From Rikenellaceae bacterium (GTDB lineage: Bacteria; Bacteroidota; Bacteroidia; Bacteroidales; Rikenellaceae): DNA of 64,000 nt. Each line of letters starts with the position of its first letter. Position 1 is the stretch's first letter. The stretch spans positions 38,005 to 102,004 of the forward strand of contig JBCQUJ010000003.1 of the NCBI GenBank assembly GCA_047174045.1. Direction: 5' to 3'. Positions 20,172 to 29,812 of this stretch are shown here, one piece after another. Position numbers and translations under genes: made by a program. The notes beneath the pieces are model-generated. The model did not search any database. It had not been told where the DNA came from and saw only the letters and a list, made by a program, of their open reading frames with translations.

Positions 20172-21193
20172 TGTGCCACAACCTTTAGCAACGCCTCAAC
20201 GTTTTTGCAATCCACAACTCCATTTGCCGAAGAATCAGCAAGACCAACAACACTTATTGCACCGCTCTCCGCGATCCGCACCTCATATTTCGCCTCTGCA
20301 CTCTCCTCCAATGCAACAATCCCATTGCGCATCAATGCTTTTCTCACCATCGCTTCAATCTGCGGAGTATAACCTTGCGCAACGATTCGCACCTCAAATG
20401 CCACATCGTTTCCAACTCTAAACAAACCTGTATGCGGATCAAACAAAATCCCTTTGCGATCGAAGAAGCTACGCAAACTTCCGTCCAGTGCCAAATCCTC
20501 CGGTATTCCGGTGTGAATCCCTCGTTCACGATCCATCAACCATATCTTGTCGCTTATTTGCAGCGCTAGATCTAGGTCGTGTGTCGACATAAATATCGTC
20601 TTTCCTGTTTGGCGCGACAATCTATGCAGCAGCTGCATAATCTCCACTTTGCTCGGAAAATCGAGAAACGCTGTTGGTTCATCAAGTAGTATTATCGGTG
20701 TCTGTTGCGCCAACGCCTTCGCTATCATTGCCTTTTGTCGCTCTCCGTCGCTCAACGTCTGAACGGTTCTCTCTGCGAGATGCTCTATCCCGACGAGTCG
20801 CAACGATTCAGCGACAATATCGCGATCTATTTTTGACACGTTGCCCCAAAAACCGGTGTATGGCGTACGTCCGAAACTCACTAGCTCAAACACCGTTATA
20901 TTTTTTATCGTCACTCTCTCTGTCAAGACGATGCTTATCATCTTCGACAACTCCTTATGACTATACTCCGACAACGCTTTTCCACAATATAACACCTCAC
21001 CATTTAGCGGAGTTAGCACTGCTGTCATCGTCTTTAGCAGGGTCGATTTTCCTACTCCGTTGGCACCAAGCAGCGATGTCAACTCTCCACTACAGATCGA
21101 TGCATCTACACCGTTAGCTACAATTTGGTTTGCACCGCCACCGATTTTATACCCAATCGAAAGTTCCTTCAGCTCTATTGTTCTCTCCATCAT
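20168..21193 (-). CDS. Cobalamin/iron-complex ABC transporter ATPase (BtuD-like)
   Basis: GANGVGKST, LSDGERQ, LLDEPTAFLD. Confidence 0.88.
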   Translation of the reverse strand: MMERTIELKELSIGYKIGGGANQIVANGVDASICSGELTSLLGANGVGKSTLLKTMTAVLTPLNGEVLYCGKALSEYSHKELSKMISIVLTERVTIKNITVFELVSFGRTPYTGFWGNVSKIDRDIVAESLRLVGIEHLAERTVQTLSDGERQKAMIAKALAQQTPIILLDEPTAFLDFPSKVEIMQLLHRLSRQTGKTIFMSTHDLDLALQISDKIWLMDRERGIHTGIPEDLALDGSLRSFFDRKGILFDPHTGLFRVGNDVAFEVRIVAQGYTPQIEAMVRKALMRNGIVALEESAEAKYEVRIAESGAISVVGLADSSANGVVDCKNVEALLKVVAQ

Positions 21194-21199
21194 CGACTG

Positions 21200-22234
21200 C
21201 TAATTAAACTTTGGCGCATGGCGCTCAAACAACACATATATCACAATTGGCGCACCTATCAACGCCGTCACGGAGTTTATCGGCAATGCTCCCTCAAACC
21301 CTGGCATACGCGCCACGAGGTTACATAGCATCGCCAGCAACGCCCCTACCAGCGTCACAGCAGGCATCAGCACCTTATGGTCCGCCGTTGCAAATATCGT
21401 CCTGCATAGGTGTGGCACCGCTAGTCCAAGAAATATTATGGGACCGCAATATGCAGTTACAATTGCAGTCAAAGCTGAAGCCGACACTATCACAAGCCTT
21501 CTCGACTCCTTGACATTCAAACCCAATGCTGCGGCGTATTGATCCCCCAGCAGCATCACGTTCAACCTCTTTATCAATAGAAATGAGAGTGGTATAAGCA
21601 CCGCCATTATCGCGACAAATGGAACGATACTACCCGACGATACCTTCGAGAAGCTACCAAGCCCCCATATAACATATCCATAAACATCCTCATCAGTGCT
21701 GAAGAATTTCAACACACCAATTATTGCCGTTGCAATGTAGCCGATCATCACACCAATAATAAGCAATGTCACATTTCCTCGTACGCGCTGCGATATTGCC
21801 ACAATTATCATCATCACAACACCTGCGCCTATCATCGCCGCGGTAGATATTGCAAATTCACTAAACAGCCCCATACTACTCAACGCTCCACCTACAATCT
21901 TTCCCGACAGCAGAATCACTATCGCGACACCCAAACTAGCTCCGGCACTCACACCAAGTTCCGAAGGACCTGCCAACGGGTTACGAAAAACACTTTGCAT
22001 CTGCAAACCGCTAATCGACAAACCTGCACCAGCAAATATCGCCGTTATTATCTGCGGCATCCTCGTCTTGAATATAATATTGCGCCACACCTCATTCACA
22101 TCGCCACGCCCAAGCAACAAATCCACAACATCGCCGAACGGAATATGCACGCTACCCAATACGAGATTCAACCCGAAGAGCAGCACCATAACCATCGCAA
22201 TGGCAACAAACGATATCGTAATACGTCTATTCAT
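21200..22234 (-). CDS. FecCD/BtuC-family ABC permease
   Basis: FRNPLAGP..LGVSAGA, GPIIFLGLAVPH. Confidence 0.9.
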   Translation of the reverse strand: MNRRITISFVAIAMVMVLLFGLNLVLGSVHIPFGDVVDLLLGRGDVNEVWRNIIFKTRMPQIITAIFAGAGLSISGLQMQSVFRNPLAGPSELGVSAGASLGVAIVILLSGKIVGGALSSMGLFSEFAISTAAMIGAGVVMMIIVAISQRVRGNVTLLIIGVMIGYIATAIIGVLKFFSTDEDVYGYVIWGLGSFSKVSSGSIVPFVAIMAVLIPLSFLLIKRLNVMLLGDQYAAALGLNVKESRRLVIVSASALTAIVTAYCGPIIFLGLAVPHLCRTIFATADHKVLMPAVTLVGALLAMLCNLVARMPGFEGALPINSVTALIGAPIVIYVLFERHAPKFN

Positions 22235-22246
22235 TCTCTCTACAAT

Positions 22247-23422
22247 CTACTTTGTCAACTTTGAATAATAAACCGGCTTGTGACTAACCATAAGAGTTGG
22301 ATGAAACACCTTTATTAGGTCTGCCAACACAACATCTGGCTCCATTGGTGTATTCTCATAAAACGGCACTCTTCTCAAATTGCAGTAGAGAACATTTCGC
22401 TCTTTTAGCGCCTTAAAATCTCTATATCGCACATCGCTCTGCAACAACGTTTCGTAGCTAAACTCTCCTGCGTGGCTATTGGCTATTCTCCAATAATCGG
22501 CATCGTGTCCAGCGGCATATACCGTCTCAAAATCTATATAGTAACCACCCGATTCACTATCATTCTTCATGAAGTACTCCGCGCCAGCATCGTTGAAGAG
22601 ACGCGCCAAAGCACTCGCCCCACCAACGACATACCAATTCCCTGAGTGCATCTCTCCGCTCATTACTGTTGGTCGCGACTTCGCTCTTCGCTCAACCATA
22701 TTTGCCAACTTGTTGTACTCTCTCTCTACGCGAGCAAACTCTCGTTTCGCTTCTTCTTCAACCCCAAGCAACATTCCAACAAGTTTTATCCACTCCGCTT
22801 GACCTAGCGCCGATAACTCTTTGTAACCAAGATATGCCAACATCGGCACTCCAGTATCTTTTATCGCATCGTACCCTCCGCGCTTATATGGCGATATAAA
22901 TATCAACTCCGGATCAAGCGACAGAACAACCTCCGTGTCAAACTCCCCTTCGATGCCAATTCGTGCCAACGTCCCCGCTTTCAATCGATCATTCAACTCC
23001 TTGTTTTGCAGAAATCGCGAACTTGTTATACCAACCACTTTGTCGCTCTCTCCTAACTTAATGAATGGCGATAGTTGCAGCGTTGTCATACATATCGCAC
23101 GCTCTATCGGCACCTCTATTGGCTGGTATCCTTCAGGTATCTCTATCGGTTCGTTACTATCGCGCAACTCCTTGCGAGGCACCAATGCATACTTGTACAA
23201 CACTGCGTTATCACTCGCTGCAGCAGGATCCTTTATATCAACAAGCGTTGCGTTTGCGAACGACCTTACGGCAAACCCTTCGGCGTAACGTATATCGTCC
23301 GCCACCTCGATTTGTGCAATATCGCTCTCGCTTAAAGATAGATATCGAACATTCGCTCTGTTTTCACGTTCTCCACCACACGATGAAAGAAGCACTGCAA
23401 TAGCCAATAACAACCCAAACAT
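22247..23422 (-). CDS. ABC substrate-binding lipoprotein (BtuF-like)
   Basis: Lipobox LLSSC; E...LGQAEWIK, PDVVLADL; in an operon with the permease and ATPase. Confidence 0.85.
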   Translation of the reverse strand: MFGLLLAIAVLLSSCGGERENRANVRYLSLSESDIAQIEVADDIRYAEGFAVRSFANATLVDIKDPAAASDNAVLYKYALVPRKELRDSNEPIEIPEGYQPIEVPIERAICMTTLQLSPFIKLGESDKVVGITSSRFLQNKELNDRLKAGTLARIGIEGEFDTEVVLSLDPELIFISPYKRGGYDAIKDTGVPMLAYLGYKELSALGQAEWIKLVGMLLGVEEEAKREFARVEREYNKLANMVERRAKSRPTVMSGEMHSGNWYVVGGASALARLFNDAGAEYFMKNDSESGGYYIDFETVYAAGHDADYWRIANSHAGEFSYETLLQSDVRYRDFKALKERNVLYCNLRRVPFYENTPMEPDVVLADLIKVFHPTLMVSHKPVYYSKLTK

Positions 23423-23426
23423 CGCG

Positions 23427-24140
23427 TTAATCTCTCCTTTTTATTAGCAATATGGCAAAGTATGGGAACTTGCGCTCCAATATCTGCGCCGTATCAGAGG
23501 TGTGAAACTCCTTCCCCTCTACGCCGCAACTCTCCACATAGTGGAATATATGGTTTGTCGAGCGGCGAATAGCATCCTTAATGAACTCCTCCCACTGCGA
23601 CACCTTCATCAGAACGATACTCTTATCCTCGTTCATCTTCTCAAGCAACATCTCTGCGCTCTCAACTTTAGCAATAACCTCGAACGAACTATCTTGATTC
23701 ACAATATGCGTCTTCACGAGTCGCGCACAATCAACAAATGCTGGCACACCCGCTATGCGCTCCGTCTCAAGGTTACGCTTCCACAACATCTCCTCAATAT
23801 ATTGCGCCGAAGAGTAGAAACCAGCATCTCCCTCCGCCGTTATTGCCACCTTAACACCTCCCGCAGCTAATTGCGCAGCCTTCTTCGCCAACTCCTCATA
23901 AGCCTCAATCGTAGCAGCTCTATCGCGCGACATCGGCACAACGAATCGCGTTACTTTTTCCGCATCAATACCAAGGCTCAAAACAACACTCTCACTGCGC
24001 GAAAACTCTTCGCCCGATTTACTCCTTGTCGCAGGTGTAAATATGATGTCTGAGGCGTGCAAAGCCTTCAATCCTTTCAATGTTATCAACTCTGGATCTC
24101 CCGGCCCCAGAGATACAAAAGCTATCTTATATATCGCCAT
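23427..24140 (-). CDS. cbiL: Precorrin-2 C20-methyltransferase (CbiL/CobI)
   Basis: SLGPGDPELITLK, EGDAGFYS, GVPAF, PYF. Confidence 0.88.
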   Translation of the reverse strand: MAIYKIAFVSLGPGDPELITLKGLKALHASDIIFTPATRSKSGEEFSRSESVVLSLGIDAEKVTRFVVPMSRDRAATIEAYEELAKKAAQLAAGGVKVAITAEGDAGFYSSAQYIEEMLWKRNLETERIAGVPAFVDCARLVKTHIVNQDSSFEVIAKVESAEMLLEKMNEDKSIVLMKVSQWEEFIKDAIRRSTNHIFHYVESCGVEGKEFHTSDTAQILERKFPYFAILLIKRRD

Positions 24141-24163
24141 AAAAGTCACTATAAATAATATGA

Positions 24164-24247
24164 CAAATGTAGCTAAAATATAGTTCTATTCAAACTTTTT
24201 TTCTTGCTTATTAATTACTCTTTTTTCGCAATAAAATTGTACATTTG
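24164..24247. promoter_or_regulatory. Back-to-back Bacteroidetes -7 promoter elements for two divergent cob operons
   Basis: CAAATGTA at 24164-24171 (TACATTTG on minus) and TACATTTG at 24240-24247, both matching TAnnTTTG. Confidence 0.7.
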
Positions 24248-24282
24248 CTATGTTGAAAACGAACTAATAAAAAGGAGGTATA

Positions 24283-24939
24283 ATGAAGGTATTCGTATCA
24301 TGGAGCGGCGGAAAAGATTGTTCGCTCGCACTCTGGAAATTCAAAGCTAGCAATCCCGATGCCCAGATCACTACGCTGCTAAATATGAATCGCGCAACGA
24401 CTCAAAACGCCCATAGAATTACGGGCGATTTGCTTCAGGCGCAAGCCGATGCTATGGGCGTTCGTTTGACGCGCGAAACTATTGAGGAGGGCAACGAATA
24501 TAAGTTCCATTTCCAACGCATCGTCAAGCAACTAAAAGATGAGGGCGTTGAGTATGGTGTCTTTGGCGACATCTTCTTGGAGATTCACCTCACTTGGATC
24601 AAGGCTCAATGTGCGGAGCTTGGCATAACACCAATCTTCCCACTATTGAATATCGATGTTCACGATCTTTATCGTGAATTTATCGACCTTGGGTTTGTCT
24701 CGAAGGTTATTGCCGTACGCAACGACCATAAATATGCCGAGCTTCTTGGAGAAAACCTCTCTATGGCTACCTACGAGCGTATGTTGGAGCATCACGGCTT
24801 CGATGTTTGCGGCGAGAATGGCGAGTATCACTCTTTCGTCATCAACGGACCAAACTTCAGCCACGAAGTGCCATACGTTGTCACTGGCGAATATAAGGAC
24901 GAGAAGATCCACGCTCTTGAACTAGACGCAGCCAAATAA
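24283..24939 (+). CDS. Dph6/DUF71-like ATP pyrophosphatase (diphthine-ammonia ligase family)
   Basis: PP-loop SWSGGKDC, GVFGDI, CGENGEYHSFV.NGP.F. Confidence 0.88.
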   Translation: MKVFVSWSGGKDCSLALWKFKASNPDAQITTLLNMNRATTQNAHRITGDLLQAQADAMGVRLTRETIEEGNEYKFHFQRIVKQLKDEGVEYGVFGDIFLEIHLTWIKAQCAELGITPIFPLLNIDVHDLYREFIDLGFVSKVIAVRNDHKYAELLGENLSMATYERMLEHHGFDVCGENGEYHSFVINGPNFSHEVPYVVTGEYKDEKIHALELDAAK

Positions 24940-24941
24940 CG

Positions 24942-25469
24942 ATGGAACAAGGGTTGATTCACATATATACGGGCGACGGCAAGGGCAAAACCACTGCCGC
25001 CATAGGTCTTGCTACGCGCGCACTTGGCGGTGGCTTGAAGGTCCTATACTGCTCGTTCCATAAGCGACCAGAGCGTTATGGCTACACCGAAATGGATAGC
25101 CTTCGCACGCTTGGCGCTACGGTGAAGAACTTCGCTAAGGGACACCCAAAATTGGACAAGTCAATCGATCCAATACAAAATGCAAAAGAGGTCGAAGAGG
25201 CTATAGATGAACTCGAAAATATTCTCCTTGACTGCAAATTCGATATGATCATAATGGACGAAATCTTGATTTCGGTGCGCGATAATTACATCTCTGAGCA
25301 GCAACTTCTCGATTTCATCAGCAAGAAACCATCCTTTTTGGAGCTTGTTCTTACTGGGCGCGGCGCAACAGAGAGTGTGATGGATAAGGCAGATTATGTC
25401 AGCTTCGTCCAGAAGGTTAAACACCCATTCGACAGCGGAATCGCAAGTCGCAAAGGTGTCGAATACTAA
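24942..25469 (+). CDS. cobO: Cob(I)yrinic acid a,c-diamide adenosyltransferase (CobO/BtuR)
   Basis: YTGDGKGKTTAAIG, MDEI, LVLTGR, KHPF...GVEY. Confidence 0.93.
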   Translation: MEQGLIHIYTGDGKGKTTAAIGLATRALGGGLKVLYCSFHKRPERYGYTEMDSLRTLGATVKNFAKGHPKLDKSIDPIQNAKEVEEAIDELENILLDCKFDMIIMDEILISVRDNYISEQQLLDFISKKPSFLELVLTGRGATESVMDKADYVSFVQKVKHPFDSGIASRKGVEY

Positions 25470-25485
25470 CCACAAAAGTAGCAGA

Positions 25486-25995
25486 ATGGCAAAAGTTATC
25501 TATATCAGCGGAGGACAACGTTCAGGCAAGAGCCACTATGCAGAGAGCATGGTGGAGAGCTTGAGCGCTACTCCAACATATTTGGCTACTGCAAAGTGCT
25601 GGGACAGCGAGTTCGAGAAGCGCATCGCAAGACACAAGGCGGCGCGCGGCTCTCATTGGGAGAACATAGAGAGGGAGCGAGAACTCTCTTCTCTCAATCT
25701 CAACAACAAAGTTGTGCTTTTGGATTGCGTTACGCTCTGGTTAACAAATATATTTTCGCACCACGAATTCAACCTCGAAAAGAGCCTGGAGGAGGCAAAG
25801 AGCGACTTCGACAACCTTTTGAAACAAGATTGTACGATTGTCGTTGTCAGCAACGAGATCGGCACAGGAGTTATCCCTATGGAGCGCTCTACGCGCGCCT
25901 TTGTCGATCTGCAGGGGTGGGTCAACCAACACATCGCTTCAGCGGCAAATGAGGCATACACCTTAATTTCAGGCATTCCTTTAAAACTAAAATAA
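25486..25995 (+). CDS. cobU: Adenosylcobinamide kinase / guanylyltransferase
   Basis: GGQRSGKS, LDCVTLW, VSNEIG; start at ATG 25486. Confidence 0.93.
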   Translation: MAKVIYISGGQRSGKSHYAESMVESLSATPTYLATAKCWDSEFEKRIARHKAARGSHWENIERERELSSLNLNNKVVLLDCVTLWLTNIFSHHEFNLEKSLEEAKSDFDNLLKQDCTIVVVSNEIGTGVIPMERSTRAFVDLQGWVNQHIASAANEAYTLISGIPLKLK

Positions 25996-26747
25996 TGAAC
26001 ACTCTCCTCAACGCAATACTACTCTATTCGCGCATTCCCGTCCCGTTTCGGGTCAAATGCAGCGATGAAGCGTTGAGCCGTGCCATTATGTTTTTTCCAC
26101 TTATCGGAGCCATTGTCGGCACTATTGGTTGGGGTGCATATTGGGTTGCTAACTACCTTTTTGGCGTTCCGAGCATCTCTGTTGTAGTTGCTATTTTCGC
26201 TATGACCCTCTCTACTGGAGCGCTTCATGAGGATGGTTTTGCTGACTTTTGCGACGGTTTTGGCGGCGGCTATGGCAAAGAAGCAATCCTTAGAATTATG
26301 AAGGATAGCTTCATCGGTTGCTACGGTGTCATGGGACTCATCGGCATCTTCCTGTTGCGCTATACAATGCTATCATCAATCGCTGGCAGCAATGCAAATA
26401 TGCTCCTTGTCTTCATCGCTGCACAGAGCGCAAGTCGCTTTGGCTCGGTCGCTATGATAGGCAGCAGTAGCTACGCTCGCGAAGAGAACTCTCGCTCGGC
26501 GCATAGCGCATTAGGTGTTAGCTTCTGGCGCATTGTTGTTGCATTCTGCTTTGGCTTTGCCACATCGTTTATAGCTCTTGGCTGGCAATTCACAGCACTA
26601 TATTTCTGCGTTGCGACAATCGCATTTTTGCTATTTCGATGGTATACCAACCGCCACATCGGAGGTTTCACCGGGGACACTTTGGGCGCGCTTCAAGTCA
26701 CTAGCGAGTTGCTATTTTACGCTACTCTTCTTCAAAAAATCATCTAA
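25995..26747 (+). CDS. cobS: Adenosylcobinamide-GDP ribazoletransferase
   Basis: TGALHEDGFADFCDG, IMKDS.IG, GGFTGDTLGA. Confidence 0.95.
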   Translation: MNTLLNAILLYSRIPVPFRVKCSDEALSRAIMFFPLIGAIVGTIGWGAYWVANYLFGVPSISVVVAIFAMTLSTGALHEDGFADFCDGFGGGYGKEAILRIMKDSFIGCYGVMGLIGIFLLRYTMLSSIAGSNANMLLVFIAAQSASRFGSVAMIGSSSYAREENSRSAHSALGVSFWRIVVAFCFGFATSFIALGWQFTALYFCVATIAFLLFRWYTNRHIGGFTGDTLGALQVTSELLFYATLLQKII

Positions 26748-27295
26748 TGGCGACTATATATCTACAACGACACACCCGCCCCGATGTTGAAGAGGGAACT
26801 TGCTATGGCATTAGCGACGTGGGGTTGCATTGCGACTTCGAGAGCGCAGAGCTTCCCAAGGTTTTGCAAAGGTTGAGCGGCAAGAGTTTCACACACGTAT
26901 ATAGCTCTCCTCTGCAACGCTGCAAGACTCTAGCGGATAACATTAGCGACAATACATACGTAGACGATCGCCTTATGGAGCTAAATTTTGGCGATTGGGA
27001 GATGATGTCGTGGAACGACATAGACAAAACCGATGAGGGGCGAGAGTGGTTTGCCGATTATCTAAATTGCAGAACACCAAATGGCGAATCCTTTCAAGAT
27101 TTGATCGCCCGTGCCAATAGTTTTCTTGAGAGCATAGAGAGCCTTGAGGACAACATATTGGTCGTAACCCATAGTGGATTTATACGCGCAGCAATGGTTG
27201 CCATAGGCGCAATCGAACAAACAGATGCCTTCAACAGCGATATAGATTATGGCGACACCTTCAAGGTGGAAGCGGACAAAATAAGCAAGTTATAG
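26747..27295 (+). CDS. cobC: Alpha-ribazole phosphatase (histidine phosphatase family)
   Basis: RHT, SSPLQRC, ELNFGDWE, THSG; cob gene context. Confidence 0.85.
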   Translation: MATIYLQRHTRPDVEEGTCYGISDVGLHCDFESAELPKVLQRLSGKSFTHVYSSPLQRCKTLADNISDNTYVDDRLMELNFGDWEMMSWNDIDKTDEGREWFADYLNCRTPNGESFQDLIARANSFLESIESLEDNILVVTHSGFIRAAMVAIGAIEQTDAFNSDIDYGDTFKVEADKISKL

Positions 27296-27297
27296 CG

Positions 27298-28788
27298 ATG
27301 AGTAACAAGAGATTAAGATCCATCATGTTTGTTGGAACAGGTTCCGATGTAGGCAAATCAGTTGTCAACACTGGCTTCTGTCGTATTTTTTTGCAAGACG
27401 GATATACCCCCGCTCCATTCAAGGCTCAGAATATGTCACTCAATAGCTACGCTACGGCGGATGAGTTGGAGATTGGTCGCGCACAGGCGGTTCAGGCGGA
27501 GGCTTGCTCTCTACCGTGCACCACAGATATGAACCCCATATTGCTCAAACCAACGACGCACCAGAGTTCGCAGGTTATTGTCAATGGCCGCCCAATGGGA
27601 AATAAGAGCGCCGTTGATTACTTTCGCGCGGAGAATCGCATGGAGTTGTTCGAGCATGCAAAGGCTGCTTACGATCGCCTAAACAGCGAATACAACCCTA
27701 TTGTTTTGGAGGGTGCCGGAAGCATCTCTGAGATGAATCTATGGGATAAGGACATCGTCAATATGCGCATGGCGGAGCATGCCGATGCCGCAACTATTCT
27801 CGTTGCCGACATCGACCGCGGAGGTCTTTTCGCCAGCGTCTATGGCTCAGTCATGTTGCTTCCTGAGGCGCAACGCAAACTCATAAAGGGAATTATCGTC
27901 AACAAATTCCGTGGCGACATAAAACTCTTTGAGGAGGGTCGCGCTATAATCGAACGCATAACGGGTGTTCCCGTATTGGGTGTTCTGCCATATATGGATG
28001 ATGTCGAGATTGAGCAGGAGGATTCTGTTTCGCTTGAGAGGCGCCTGGATCGAGTTGCCAAAGATGGAGAGCAGATCAAAGTTAGGATTGGCATCGTAAG
28101 ATTAAAGAGCATATCGAACTTTACCGACTTCAATCAACTTGAACGTACAAAGGGGGTTTTGCTGAACTATGTTTCGAGTGCAGAGGAGATCGAGTCTTCA
28201 GATATTGTTATTATTCCGGGGTCAAAGAGTACAATTTCAGATATAGAATACCTTCGCTCTACACCTATGTGGAGTGCTATTCTAGCGCACCACAAGGCTC
28301 AAAAACCGCTCTACGGAATCTGTGGAGGCTACCAAATAATGGGTGATGAGGTTCTTGATCCTGACCATATCGAAGGTCCAAGCGATAGGGCTGAAGCACT
28401 TGGCATACTCCCTATTTCAACAACAATAAAAGATGGTAAACGCAGTCGACAATCCAACTTCAAGATGATTAACGACGAAGATATTTCGGGAACAGGATAT
28501 GAGATTCACTCTGGGGTAACTCCAACTTCGAAACCGCTAAACATCCTGGATGATGGAAGCGAGGAGGGATATTTCCTCAATGAGAAGTGTTGGGGAAGCT
28601 ATCTGCATGGCATTTTCGACAACAAGAGCGTTATAGAGTCTGTGTTGAGAGCTGCCGGTGTTGACTCTGTCGATGTCGAAGATTATTGGGCGTTAAAGGA
28701 GCGTAACTACGATTTGTTGGCTGATTATATCCGCGAACATATCGATATGGATAGGGTCTACAAAATTTTGATGCGAGAGGATGATTAA
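27298..28788 (+). CDS. cobQ: Cobyric acid synthase (CbiP/CobQ)
   Basis: GTGSDVGKS, PFKAQNMS, EGAGS, SNFTD, GICGGYQ, GYEIH, YLHG. Confidence 0.95.
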   Translation: MSNKRLRSIMFVGTGSDVGKSVVNTGFCRIFLQDGYTPAPFKAQNMSLNSYATADELEIGRAQAVQAEACSLPCTTDMNPILLKPTTHQSSQVIVNGRPMGNKSAVDYFRAENRMELFEHAKAAYDRLNSEYNPIVLEGAGSISEMNLWDKDIVNMRMAEHADAATILVADIDRGGLFASVYGSVMLLPEAQRKLIKGIIVNKFRGDIKLFEEGRAIIERITGVPVLGVLPYMDDVEIEQEDSVSLERRLDRVAKDGEQIKVRIGIVRLKSISNFTDFNQLERTKGVLLNYVSSAEEIESSDIVIIPGSKSTISDIEYLRSTPMWSAILAHHKAQKPLYGICGGYQIMGDEVLDPDHIEGPSDRAEALGILPISTTIKDGKRSRQSNFKMINDEDISGTGYEIHSGVTPTSKPLNILDDGSEEGYFLNEKCWGSYLHGIFDNKSVIESVLRAAGVDSVDVEDYWALKERNYDLLADYIREHIDMDRVYKILMREDD

Positions 28789-29812
28789 CGGACACGGCAA
28801 CAACATATACCAATATGGCGTTGGGGCTATCGAACACGATTTTAGCTCAAATATCGCCTTCAACAACCTTTCGCAACCAATTTTGGAGCATTTGGGTAGG
28901 TCAATCGATGTCATCCGTAACTACCCCGACCCGCAGGCGCGCGCATTGACAAATATGATTGCGACCCATATAGGTCGTGCGTCAGAAGATATTCTTGTCA
29001 CAAATGGATCTGCCGAGGCATTCTACCTCATAGCGCAATATTTTGCGGCAAAAGGAGAGTGCAAAGCTGCAATCGTCACGCCGTCATTTGCCGAGTATGA
29101 GGATAGCTGCAAAGCATACAACCACCAAATCGATCATATTACTTTTGATGAACTACTCAACAAAGGTATAGATATTTCAATCTACGACACACTCTGGATT
29201 GGTCTACCAAATAATCCTGACGGAAGAAAAATCAGCACATCTCAAATCAGAGATATAGCGGAGCAAAACCCAACTTGCACCATAATCATCGATAGAGCAT
29301 ACAACGAATTGAGCAGCGATGCAGAGAGTGATTGGACACTGCCACGCAACACAATCATAGTTGATTCATTCACAAAGCTGTATGGTATTCCAGGCATTAG
29401 AATTGGTTATATTGCTGCAGATCAAGCAATTATTAACTCATTAGCAGAGATGCGACCACCATGGAGTGTCAACGCTCTATCGCTGGTTGCAGGAGAGTAC
29501 ATCATGCAGAACCTCGATGCACTGCAACCCAATATCGATACTCTAATGTGCGAATCAAAATATCTACAACAAGAGATTGCTCTTCTCGATGGCTTCAACG
29601 TTACGCAATCGAACTGCAACTTCTTCCTGATTGAGATAACAAAGAAGGGGCGAGATGCAGCGCAACTGCAACAATATCTAATTGAGAAGCACAAGATCTT
29701 GATTCGTGATTGTTCAAACTTTCGCGGCTTAACATCTCGCCATTTTCGCATTGCGGCGCAAGAACGTGCGGCGTGCGACAAACTAATTAAAGCACTTAAA
29801 GAATGGCTCTAA
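28781..29812 (+). CDS. cobD: L-threonine-O-3-phosphate decarboxylase
   Basis: GHG..., DFSSN, YPDP, NGSAE, PNNPDG, SFTK.YGIPGIRIG (PLP Lys). Confidence 0.88.
   Translation: MINGHGNNIYQYGVGAIEHDFSSNIAFNNLSQPILEHLGRSIDVIRNYPDPQARALTNMIATHIGRASEDILVTNGSAEAFYLIAQYFAAKGECKAAIVTPSFAEYEDSCKAYNHQIDHITFDELLNKGIDISIYDTLWIGLPNNPDGRKISTSQIRDIAEQNPTCTIIIDRAYNELSSDAESDWTLPRNTIIVDSFTKLYGIPGIRIGYIAADQAIINSLAEMRPPWSVNALSLVAGEYIMQNLDALQPNIDTLMCESKYLQQEIALLDGFNVTQSNCNFFLIEITKKGRDAAQLQQYLIEKHKILIRDCSNFRGLTSRHFRIAAQERAACDKLIKALKEWL

Noticed and set aside
24150-24282. Second cobalamin riboswitch before the divergent operons
   Set aside because: The spacer is short and AT-rich, with no B12-box or GGGAA core motifs.
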